Shown one piece after another: positions 1 to 8,512 of a stretch of DNA of 64,000 nucleotides. The notes beneath the pieces were generated by a model, which was given only the letters and a program-made list of their open reading frames with translations, had not been told where the DNA came from and searched no databases. Numbering within the stretch: the stretch's first letter is position 1; the number at the start of each line of letters is the position of its first letter. Position numbers and translations under genes: made by a program. Source of the stretch: an uncultured Burkholderiales bacterium (GTDB lineage Bacteria > Pseudomonadota > Gammaproteobacteria > Burkholderiales > Eutrophovitaceae). The stretch is from positions 1,474 through 65,473 of the forward strand of contig CAWUVH010000006.1 in assembly GCA_963925895.1 (NCBI GenBank), read 5' to 3'.

Positions 1-944
1 TTGAGCGGATTGTTTTAAATTATCGCGATTATCTAAAGGTCGATCACGATGTGTTAATGGCTAAAGGTTTGCTTAATGACCCTGACATGAATGAGTTGGC
101 AAAATTAGAAATTCTCGAGGGAGAAGAAAAGAAGATTGTTCTTACGGGTCTTTTGCAAAAGTCTTTATTGCCCAAGGATCCGAATGATGGTCGCAATGTG
201 TTCTTGGAGATACGGGCAGGTGCGGGGGGAGATGAGTCCGCTCTTTTTTCAGGAGATCTCCTCAGGATGTACTATAAGTATGCTGAAAAGAATCGATGGG
301 TTGTTGAGATGATCTCTCACAATGAATCCGACCTTGGTGGGTACAAAGAGGTGATCGTTAAGATCAGCGGCGACAATGTTTATGCACAATTAAAGTTTGA
401 ATCTGGTGGTCATAGAGTGCAACGTGTCCCAGAAACGGAGACGCAAGGTCGCGTCCATACGAGCGCGTGCACAGTGGCAGTCTTGCCCGAAGCTGATCAA
501 TTGAAAGATGTTGAAATCAACCCCAGTGAACTACGCATTGATACGTATCGAGCCTCAGGGGCCGGAGGCCAGCACATTAATAAAACCGATTCTGCGATTC
601 GTATTACTCATCTTCCTACTGGATTAGTTGTTGAGTGTCAGGATGATCGGTCACAACATAAGAATAAGGCGCGGGCACTCTCAGTTTTGGCCGCAAGGTT
701 AAATGCATTGCAAACTCAAGAGCATCAGGCTAAAGAGGCGGCAACACGTAAAACACTTATCGGCAGTGGTGATAGATCGGAAAGAATCAGGACGTACAAC
801 TTTCCTCAAGGTCGATTGACTGAGCACAGAATCAATTTGACCTTATATAAGCTGTCTCAAATTATGGAGGGAGAGCTTGATGAAGTCATCAGCACCCTCC
901 TCTCCGAGCATCAAGCTGAATTACTCGCTATTGCATCGGAATAG
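1..944 (+). CDS. prfA: Peptide chain release factor 1, 5' end cut by window edge
   Basis: Frame 3 is open from base 3, so the listed M at 51 is internal. RF1 hallmarks are present: the PxT-type decoding tripeptide in [10 protein letters not shown], the GGQ motif in [14 protein letters not shown], and the conserved LLPKDPND and [12 protein letters not shown] blocks. prmC follows. Confidence 0.96.
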   Translation, partial: ERIVLNYRDYLKVDHDVLMAKGLLNDPDMNELAKLEILEGEEKKIVLTGLLQKSLLPKDPNDGRNVFLEIRAGAGGDESALFSGDLLRMYYKYAEKNRWVVEMISHNESDLGGYKEVIVKISGDNVYAQLKFESGGHRVQRVPETETQGRVHTSACTVAVLPEADQLKDVEINPSELRIDTYRASGAGGQHINKTDSAIRITHLPTGLVVECQDDRSQHKNKARALSVLAARLNALQTQEHQAKEAATRKTLIGSGDRSERIRTYNFPQGRLTEHRINLTLYKLSQIMEGELDEVISTLLSEHQAELLAIASE

Positions 945-967
945 AGACTGCATTAACGGCTATCATC

Positions 968-1843
968 ATGATCAAAGACAGCTCAATCGAGTCTGATATT
1001 TTGAGCCTGGTTCGGGCTTTTGGCTTATCTAGAATGGAGGCCATTAGAGAGGTAAAAATCTTGTTCGCTCATGCGATTGGGCTGGGTCAGTTGGATTTGA
1101 TTAAAGAGCCAAGTTTAATGTCAGATCCATTGCATATCGAAAAATACAAAAAATTATTTCAAGACAGAATTAACGGGAAACCTATTGCTTATATTCTTGG
1201 TGAAAAAGAGTTTTACGGTCTTTCTTTTAAAGTCAACGAACATGTATTGATCCCCAGGCCTGAGACTGAATTGCTGGTTGATGTGGCAATCGAAAAAATT
1301 CAAAGCCATAACCTAAAAAGAGTGTTGGATCTCGGCACCGGATCGGGGGCCATCACTATTTCAGTGGCGATCAATGCGCCAGGTGTTGATGTCGTGGCCG
1401 CTGATATTTCCAAGAATGCCCTTAAAGTCGCAGAGGCGAACGTAAGAAGCCTTTGCCCCGGCGCTTCAATTTCTTTCGTTGAAAGCAATTGGTTTTCTAA
1501 AGTATCTGGAACTTTTGATTTGATCCTGGCTAACCCGCCTTATATTGCGGCTGATGATAGTCATCTTAATTCGCCAGAACTTCGTTATGAGCCTCGCGGA
1601 GCCCTTGTTTCTGGACCGGAAGGGCTTGATGCAATCAGCGAAATTTTGGAGCAAGGTCAATCATTTCTCAATGAGGGAGGGTGGTTGTTTTTCGAGCACG
1701 GTTACGACCAGCTTGGTCTTTGCCAAGATCTTTTGGCCGAACAAGGTTTTATGTCTTTGTTTAATGCGGTAGATTTGTCAGGGAACCCACGGATCAGCGG
1801 TGGTAGAATAGGGGTTGTAACCCGGACAGCTTATGGCTGTTAG
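968..1843 (+). CDS. prmC: Release-factor glutamine N5-methyltransferase (HemK/PrmC)
   Basis: SAM-binding loop DLGTGSGAI and catalytic NPPY (LANPPYI). The position immediately after prfA is the classic arrangement. Confidence 0.93.
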   Translation: MIKDSSIESDILSLVRAFGLSRMEAIREVKILFAHAIGLGQLDLIKEPSLMSDPLHIEKYKKLFQDRINGKPIAYILGEKEFYGLSFKVNEHVLIPRPETELLVDVAIEKIQSHNLKRVLDLGTGSGAITISVAINAPGVDVVAADISKNALKVAEANVRSLCPGASISFVESNWFSKVSGTFDLILANPPYIAADDSHLNSPELRYEPRGALVSGPEGLDAISEILEQGQSFLNEGGWLFFEHGYDQLGLCQDLLAEQGFMSLFNAVDLSGNPRISGGRIGVVTRTAYGC

Positions 1844-1888
1844 CTCCGAGTGGCGGGCAAATTGAAGGGTATGAGAAAAGGAATTTAA

Positions 1889-2197
1889 ATGGATGCGAAT
1901 GAGATCATCAAAAAACAAGTAACAGACAATGCAGTTGTTTTATATATGAAAGGGTCGCCAGAGGCGCCCATGTGCGGCTTTTCTGCTGCTGCTGTGCAAA
2001 TGTTAGAAGCGTGCGGTGCAGAGGATGTCGCGACTGTTAATGTTTTAGCTGATGAAGATATTCGTCAGGGGATTAAGGATTTTTCAAATTGGCCAACGAT
2101 CCCTCAGCTATACGTGAACGGTGAATTTTTGGGCGGTTCAGACATCATGCGTGAAATGTATCAGTCTGGAGAGCTTCAGAAGTTACTTGGAAAATAA
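1889..2197 (+). CDS. grxD: Monothiol glutaredoxin (Grx4 family)
   Basis: 102 aa with a CGFS active site (PMCGFSAAA) and the conserved WPTIPQLYVNGEFLGG block. An AAAGGA RBS lies upstream. Confidence 0.93.
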   Translation: MDANEIIKKQVTDNAVVLYMKGSPEAPMCGFSAAAVQMLEACGAEDVATVNVLADEDIRQGIKDFSNWPTIPQLYVNGEFLGGSDIMREMYQSGELQKLLGK

Positions 2198-2214
2198 GCA
2201 AACATTATGTTCGT

Positions 2215-2242
2215 AAAAAAACCAGCGTCGGCTGGTTTTTTT
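2215..2242. terminator. Bidirectional intrinsic terminator between convergent grxD and dsbB
   Basis: AAAAAACCAGC-GTCG-GCTGGTTTTTT. The GC-containing stem is flanked by an A-run on one side and a T-run on the other, so it can terminate both strands. Confidence 0.8.
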
Positions 2243-2285
2243 ACGTCCTTATTATGATCACTGATGGTCAGCCGGATTCTTTTTT

Positions 2286-2768
2286 TTACTTTCTCTTTAG
2301 AAAAGTTAATTCGGTCAATAGGATGATGATGAAGCAAGCTAAGGCCCATTCCGCAATTGATAATCCTGCAAATCTCCATAAAACGATTGAGCAGTCACCG
2401 GTTCCTCTGAATATCATTGGTAAGGCCTCCGCTAATGGGAAGGTGTCTACGACAAAACCGAGGTCTGCGCCACAATCAAATATCTCGGGTGGGTTGTGTT
2501 CTAGCCATACATGTCGCAAGGCAACACCAGACCCAAGTCCCGCAAAGAGGATGATGAGCCAAGAGGATATTCGCGAAAGAAATCTCTTTGTGAGAAAAGG
2601 TAGAGAAATTAAGGCGGTCACTCCAATGAGAATAAACGCATATCGTTGCAAGATACACATCGGACAAGGTGCCAGTCCTTCGTAGTGTTGAAGGAATAGT
2701 GCGAAAGCAATCAGCCCGAAACAGCCGAAAAATTCAGCCAATCTGATATTTTTTTTAGTTATGGCCAT
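2286..2768 (-). CDS. dsbB: Disulfide bond formation protein B
   Basis: 160-aa four-TM protein. It has a CxxC pair in the first loop (CPMCILQRY) and a second Cys pair (FDCGAD ... GTGDCS), as in DsbB. Confidence 0.88.
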   Translation of the reverse strand: MAITKKNIRLAEFFGCFGLIAFALFLQHYEGLAPCPMCILQRYAFILIGVTALISLPFLTKRFLSRISSWLIILFAGLGSGVALRHVWLEHNPPEIFDCGADLGFVVDTFPLAEALPMIFRGTGDCSIVLWRFAGLSIAEWALACFIIILLTELTFLKRK

Positions 2769-2804
2769 ATTAACTTCCTAGATTTTTAATAAGAGATCGG
2801 ATGT

Positions 2805-4202
2805 TTACGCAATAAGTTTTCGAGCGTTTGAGATGGCGGACATGACTGCTTGCGACCCAGTGCCCCCGATATGGTTACGGCTCTCCAGAGCCTGCTCTGG
2901 CGATAGAAGCGCCACCATTTCTTTGCTGATCAGTGGCGATATGGCTTGAAGCTCCTCTATGGCTAAATCGGTAATATCTATGTTCTGTTGACTCGCCGTC
3001 TTTACTGCTTTCGCGACAACTTCGTGTGACTCCCTAAAGGGAAGACCTTGTCGTACTAGGTGATCAGCGAGATCAGTGGCTGTTGCGAACCCTCGCGCAG
3101 TAGCATCACGCATGGCTTGTTTGTTCACGGTAATGCCTGTCAGCATATCGGCATAGACTAAAAGTGTATCGCGAATAGTTTGCGCCGTATCAAATAGTGG
3201 TTCTTTATCTTCTTGGTTGTCCTTGTTGTATGCAAGTGGTTGGCCTTTCATTAAGGTGAGTAGCGATACGACATGCCCATTGACTCGACCGGTTTTCCCG
3301 CGAACCAACTCTGGGACATCCGGATTTTTCTTTTGAGGCATCATTGACGAACCAGTACAAAAGCGATCTGCTATTTCAATAAAATTGAACTGTGGGCTCA
3401 TCCAAAGAATGAGTTCTTCCGACAATCGCGATAGATGTGTCATCAGTAGAGCCGCTGCGGTACAAAACTCTATTGCGAAATCACGATCGGATACAGCGTC
3501 TAAAGAATTTTCACACACACCATCAAAGCCAAGCTTTTTAGCAACGCTCAATCGATCAATCTTAAAAGTGGTGCCAGCAAGTGCCCCCGAGCCCAGAGGG
3601 AGTCGATTTACTCTTTTGCGTAGATCATGAAATCGTTCTGCATCTCGTTTGGTCATCTCAAAATAGGCCATTAAATGATGCGCAAAGGAGATGGGTTGAG
3701 CAACCTGTAGGTGAGTAAGACCAGGCATGACAGTTTGGACATGCTGTTCTGCGAGATTGAGGAGATTCGATTGAAATTGATGTATCAATTTAATGGTTAA
3801 ATCTACTTGGTCTCTGACGTAGAGTCTTATGTCAGTCGCAACTTGATCATTTCTTGATCGTGCTGTGTGAAGCTTTTTACCAGCGTCCCCGATTAATTCG
3901 GTGAGCCGGTGCTCAATGTTGAGGTGCACGTCCTCGTAGTCGAGCGACCAATTAAAGTCGCCGTTATGGATCTCGGTTCTAATCTGGATCAGGCCTCTTT
4001 TAATATCATGAAGGTCCGTATCGCTAATTATTTCCTGTTCACACAGCATCTCAGCATGTGCGAGCGAGCCGTCGATATCGTATTCAGCAAGTTGATAGTC
4101 AAATCCAACGGAGGCCGTAAACCTTTTAACCAGTTCGGTTACCGGTTCGTCAAATCGACCAGACCAAGTGTTTTGATTGCTTTTTTTATCTTTATTACTC
4201 AT
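2805..4202 (-). CDS. argH: Argininosuccinate lyase
   Basis: 465 aa with the fumarate-lyase superfamily signature [11 protein letters not shown] and an ArgH-like N-terminus (WSGRFDEP). Confidence 0.96.
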   Translation of the reverse strand: MSNKDKKSNQNTWSGRFDEPVTELVKRFTASVGFDYQLAEYDIDGSLAHAEMLCEQEIISDTDLHDIKRGLIQIRTEIHNGDFNWSLDYEDVHLNIEHRLTELIGDAGKKLHTARSRNDQVATDIRLYVRDQVDLTIKLIHQFQSNLLNLAEQHVQTVMPGLTHLQVAQPISFAHHLMAYFEMTKRDAERFHDLRKRVNRLPLGSGALAGTTFKIDRLSVAKKLGFDGVCENSLDAVSDRDFAIEFCTAAALLMTHLSRLSEELILWMSPQFNFIEIADRFCTGSSMMPQKKNPDVPELVRGKTGRVNGHVVSLLTLMKGQPLAYNKDNQEDKEPLFDTAQTIRDTLLVYADMLTGITVNKQAMRDATARGFATATDLADHLVRQGLPFRESHEVVAKAVKTASQQNIDITDLAIEELQAISPLISKEMVALLSPEQALESRNHIGGTGSQAVMSAISNARKLIA

Positions 4203-4457
4203 AAATCGCTATCACGCACGTTTCGTTAAATTAGCGCACTTATTTTAATTGGTTTGCGAAACTTGAAGTGCCTTTCTAGGTAAGCATATATCGAAAATTT
4301 AAATCCCGCACTTCTGAGTGAGGCAAGGGTGCTTGGTGAGGTATCATTACGAGAATGGTAGCGAAGGCTAATCAAGGGTGCGGCCTGTAACGTTGGCCTC
4401 AATACTGTGTATTAAACAGAACATGATTTTTTGTTTGACCAACCGGAAGCAGCTCGA

Positions 4458-5381
4458 ATGAACAAAGTGGTTATTGCGACTCGCGAGAGTGAATTAGCGC
4501 TATGGCAAGCGAATAGAATCAAATATTTATTATCTACAGCCGAGCCGGGTCTAGAAGTTGAGATTCTTGGCATGACAACCGAGGGTGATCAAAAGCTGGA
4601 CACATCGCTCGCTAAAATTGGCGGTAAGGGGCTGTTTATTAAAGAATTAGAGCAGGCCATGCTTGATGGGCGAGCAGATATTGCTGTCCATTCTATGAAA
4701 GATGTACCTGTTAATCTACCGAGCCGATTTTGCATCCCAGCTATTTTAGATCGAGAAGATGTCAGGGATGCTTTTGTCTCATCTAAGTATCAACATCTCA
4801 GTGATGTTCCCGAAGGCGGGGTGATTGGGACCTCTAGCTACAGGCGAGAGAGCCAAATAAGAAATCAATTTAAAGGCTTGAGCGTGCATCCACTTAGAGG
4901 AAATGTTCAGACGCGTTTGCGAAAGCTAGATGAAGGACAGTTCGATGGAATCATCCTGGCGGCGGCTGGGTTAGAGCGGCTTGGGCTTCGAGAGAGAATT
5001 GCGGAATATTTACCTGTTGATGTCAGCATCCCTTCTGTAGGCCAGGGGGCCTTGGGCATCGAATGCTTAGACTCTCGTCAAGACGTGCGTCAGTTACTGT
5101 CTAGGTTAGATCATGAATCCAGCAGGACATGTGTGGAAATGGAGCGTTTCGTTTCCCAATCACTGGGGGGGTCCTGTGCCTCCCCATTGGGTGCTTATGC
5201 GCGTTTTTCTTCTACCGGCTTAGAAATGAGCGCATTCGTCGCGTTGCCAGATGGGTCGAGGTGTCTGAGAGTAGAGGGACGAACGGATAATTTCAGTGGC
5301 AGAGGCTTGCATCTCAGTCAGACATTAGTTGACGAATTGATGGTCTTAGGTGCTCGAGAGTTGCTCAGTGAGATTGAGTAG
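4458..5381 (+). CDS. hemC: Porphobilinogen deaminase (hydroxymethylbilane synthase)
   Basis: The N-terminus VVIATRESELALWQA and the cofactor-Cys region GGSCASPLGAYA match HemC. I prefer the ATG at 4458 over the TTG at 4431 in the ORF track. Confidence 0.94.
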   Translation: MNKVVIATRESELALWQANRIKYLLSTAEPGLEVEILGMTTEGDQKLDTSLAKIGGKGLFIKELEQAMLDGRADIAVHSMKDVPVNLPSRFCIPAILDREDVRDAFVSSKYQHLSDVPEGGVIGTSSYRRESQIRNQFKGLSVHPLRGNVQTRLRKLDEGQFDGIILAAAGLERLGLRERIAEYLPVDVSIPSVGQGALGIECLDSRQDVRQLLSRLDHESSRTCVEMERFVSQSLGGSCASPLGAYARFSSTGLEMSAFVALPDGSRCLRVEGRTDNFSGRGLHLSQTLVDELMVLGARELLSEIE

Positions 5382-6158
5382 ATGGCAACCCTGGAGATGA
5401 GATCTTTAGCAAATAAGACGATATTGATTGGCAGACCACGCTTTCAAAGCGAATATCTCATGGAGCAAGTAGGCGCGAGAGCAGGTCGAGCTGTACTTTG
5501 TCCCGGTTTGGATGTTCAAGAGTTGCCAATTGATCCAGTCAGCCCATTGGATGAATGCGATGTCATTGTTTTCGTCAGCCCGACGTCAGTTGAGATGGGT
5601 TGGAAGAATGTGTCTGAGTTGCTTAAGGTCCAACCAAGCATCCAGATCGCGGCTGTGGGCCGCTCAACAGCGGACAAGCTTAACGCCAAAGGTAGGCTGG
5701 TTTTTGCGCCAGAAGGGCAGGGTGGCGCTGATTCACTTGTGAAAGTAATGAGAGGTAACTTAGACTTGTCTTTGTCTACGGTATTGGTCGTTACTGCGGA
5801 AGGTGGTAGTGGGCGTTTAGAGCATTTACTAGAGCATGAAGGAGCCACAGTCAAAACGCATGCATGCTACCACCGATCGGATATACAAGATCCAATCGAT
5901 ACGGAAGTGCTGGCTCAATTGAAAGCGGGGCTTGATGGCTGGATAGTTACGAGCCGAAGGTCGATAGGTAACATTTTTGTTCAATTCAAGGGACGGGAGG
6001 CGTTGCTCACATCCGCTCCTCTATTTGTCAATCACTCTGCGGTTGCGGAAAAGGCTTTGGCTCTTGGGGTGACAACCGTTTTTGTTTGTCAAGATGCAGG
6101 GGTGGCCATGATGCATAGTCTTGAGGATTGGTTTTTGTCATTAGATTTAAGACAGTAG
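5382..6158 (+). CDS. hemD: Uroporphyrinogen-III synthase
   Basis: 258 aa. Its start abuts the hemC stop (TAGATG), the position in hemCDXY is right, and it has a HemD-like two-lobe pattern (IVFVSPTSV ... WIVTS). Sequence conservation in this family is low. Confidence 0.8.
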   Translation: MATLEMRSLANKTILIGRPRFQSEYLMEQVGARAGRAVLCPGLDVQELPIDPVSPLDECDVIVFVSPTSVEMGWKNVSELLKVQPSIQIAAVGRSTADKLNAKGRLVFAPEGQGGADSLVKVMRGNLDLSLSTVLVVTAEGGSGRLEHLLEHEGATVKTHACYHRSDIQDPIDTEVLAQLKAGLDGWIVTSRRSIGNIFVQFKGREALLTSAPLFVNHSAVAEKALALGVTTVFVCQDAGVAMMHSLEDWFLSLDLRQ

Positions 6159-6170
6159 AAGGGGTTTCGC

Positions 6171-7256
6171 GTGGACGATCAGCAGAATACAGAACCAAAA
6201 ACCACTGACGCCGATGGTGCGCTTAATGTTGGAGATTCCTTGCCCCAGGAGTCGAAGAAAAAAAATAGCAGCTGGCTCGGTAAGTTTTCAGTGATTGTTG
6301 GGATATGTAACTTGTGCATAGGCATCCCATTTGGGGTCTGGTACATAGATCAAATTGTGAATCAAAGTGCCCAGGTTGCAGCAGGAAAACTCGAATTGGA
6401 AGGCTATAGCTTGAGTTTGCAATCCGACTTTATGAATAGCGTGCCGGACTTGAGTGCCAAAGCAGAAAGGCAATCTCGCGAATTAAAACGCTTGGGCCTC
6501 GAGGTCAAACGACTTAATGACAGCTATGAGTCCTCGACTGCGATGCCTGCTAGCCCTGATGGATCTTTGTTCGTGTGGCACATGAGAGACCTAATCTTAG
6601 GAATTCATAAGTATCCGTTGGATTCTGTTCAGAAAAAAGGAAGCATGGCTATTTTGTCTCAGCTGAGAGCATCCGCTGACTCTGTTAAGTTCGGAAAGCA
6701 TGGTGAGGAAGTCATTAAATCTTTAGGCCAGGACTTGGTGTCTTTGAGGGAAGCAAAGACACTTGACGTGAATCGTATTGATCAAGGGTTGCTACAATTG
6801 TTGGAGTTGACGGATCTTCTTCAGTTAACCGATCGCGAGCGTCCCTCGCCCGATGTGTTGAGGGGTGATAGTCCTGTTGCGGCGAATGATTGGGTTGTAC
6901 TAAGGAATATTTGGAAGGAAATTAAGTCGGTCATTCAGGTGCGTCGATTGAATGGCCCAGATGCGGACTTTGATGAACGATATTTTGTTCTTGAAAAGTT
7001 TAGGTTGAAAGTGTTAGAGATGGAGTATCTTTTTGACGCGAACGACATGATTCGTCTGAGCCAACAACTGGGATGGATTAAAAGATATGTGCAAACTCAT
7101 TTTGATCCTGATGACCCAGAAACACCTGCTGTATTGGGTCTTATCAACGAGTTAAATAGTTTGGTGGATATTCCTGGCCCAAGCTTTACATCGACACTCT
7201 CTGCGATTGAAAATTACTTCAATGCTATTCAGGCGGATAAGGATGGAGCTCAATGA
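6171..7256 (+). CDS. hemX: HemX-type membrane protein (often annotated uroporphyrinogen-III C-methyltransferase; real function uncertain)
   Basis: GTG start preceded by GAAGGGG. A polar N-terminus is followed by one TM (FSVIVGICNLCIGIPFGVWY) and a long coiled periplasmic part. The position between hemD and hemY fits. Confidence 0.72.
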   Translation: MDDQQNTEPKTTDADGALNVGDSLPQESKKKNSSWLGKFSVIVGICNLCIGIPFGVWYIDQIVNQSAQVAAGKLELEGYSLSLQSDFMNSVPDLSAKAERQSRELKRLGLEVKRLNDSYESSTAMPASPDGSLFVWHMRDLILGIHKYPLDSVQKKGSMAILSQLRASADSVKFGKHGEEVIKSLGQDLVSLREAKTLDVNRIDQGLLQLLELTDLLQLTDRERPSPDVLRGDSPVAANDWVVLRNIWKEIKSVIQVRRLNGPDADFDERYFVLEKFRLKVLEMEYLFDANDMIRLSQQLGWIKRYVQTHFDPDDPETPAVLGLINELNSLVDIPGPSFTSTLSAIENYFNAIQADKDGAQ

Positions 7257-7326
7257 AGATGAGTTTTGGTATTTGCCTGTCTGTCCATTTTTCGCGATCT
7301 TTTGGCTGTTTGGGTGAGTTTTTGAT

Positions 7327-8499
7327 ATGAGACGACTTCTGTCTTTTGTGATGATTGGTTTTTTGGCGTTTGCCTGTGTGTCTTTCGCCAAGCACAGCGA
7401 TGGTCTCGTTTTGTTCAGGGGCTTTGGCTATCAGGTCGAATTGTCACTAGCTGTGTTTATTGTCGTGCAATTGGTGTTGATTTATTTCTTGTATCTAGGC
7501 TTGAAAATCCTGTCTTTTATCTGGAGTTCAAAACGAAGATTTTTGGCGTATCTGAAGGTTCGTCAAGAGCGTCATGAGATTCTTCGGTTGAAGGGTTTTA
7601 TCAAGAATTTGGTTACGTTAGAAACGCAGTCTCTTTACAAGGAAACCCAAAAATATATTCGTGATAGTGATGAAGTCTCTCGGGAGACGCTTTTAGTGGC
7701 TGCTAGGGCTGCACATGTCGAGCGACATTATTCCGATCGAGATGCATCTATTGCTCGTCTTGAGTTGGCTGATGATGACGATGTATATCTTGCAAAATCT
7801 TTAATGTTGATCGACGAGGCTCGATATCACGATGCGTTGGCCGCACTGTCTCAAATAAACAAAAGAAGTACGAGTTCAGTTCGCTCCGAAGTTGCAGCAT
7901 TAAGATTGGGTGAAAAGTGGGATCAAGTCTTGTTGGTGTTGAAAGATGCAAAAAAATTTGACGCATTCAGTTCTGAAAGAGTTGATCAAATTGAGCTTGA
8001 GGCATTTTTAGGAATCCTGTCCAAGCCAGACATGTCGCTATCGGCACTTAAAGAAATATTAAAACAAGCTAATAAGCGTATTCGTGGTGAGGCAAGTTTT
8101 GTCATGGCCATGTCAAAAGGTTTTTTAAGTTTTGACGAGAATCGATTGGCTCAAAATTTAGTAGAGGATTATTTGAGTAGATCTTGGGACGATGAGATCA
8201 TGCTGCACTATGTGCGCTCATCAGATAATCAGAATGTAACACCGCTAGAAAAAGCTGAGAAATGGCTGGAGAAGCAACCCCGTAACCCGAGGTTGTTGAC
8301 TGGGTTGGGAATTCTGTGTCGAGAGCGTGAGTTATGGGGGAAGTCTGAGAGTTATTTTAGGGCAAGCAATGCGCTGGAGAACTCTGTAGAAGTGGCATAT
8401 GAACTTTCTATTCTGTATCGAAGAATGAACCGTTTAGAAGAGTCAAAAGTACAGTTGGAGTTTTTTGCGGCGCGACAAGTCGCTAAGGTCGATAGTTAA
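7327..8499 (+). CDS. hemY: HemY-type membrane protein with TPR-like C-terminal region
   Basis: Two N-terminal TM helices and a helical repeat region, in the fourth position of the hemCDXY block. Confidence 0.75.
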   Translation: MRRLLSFVMIGFLAFACVSFAKHSDGLVLFRGFGYQVELSLAVFIVVQLVLIYFLYLGLKILSFIWSSKRRFLAYLKVRQERHEILRLKGFIKNLVTLETQSLYKETQKYIRDSDEVSRETLLVAARAAHVERHYSDRDASIARLELADDDDVYLAKSLMLIDEARYHDALAALSQINKRSTSSVRSEVAALRLGEKWDQVLLVLKDAKKFDAFSSERVDQIELEAFLGILSKPDMSLSALKEILKQANKRIRGEASFVMAMSKGFLSFDENRLAQNLVEDYLSRSWDDEIMLHYVRSSDNQNVTPLEKAEKWLEKQPRNPRLLTGLGILCRERELWGKSESYFRASNALENSVEVAYELSILYRRMNRLEESKVQLEFFAARQVAKVDS

Positions 8500-8512
8500 G
8501 TATGGGTGGTGT

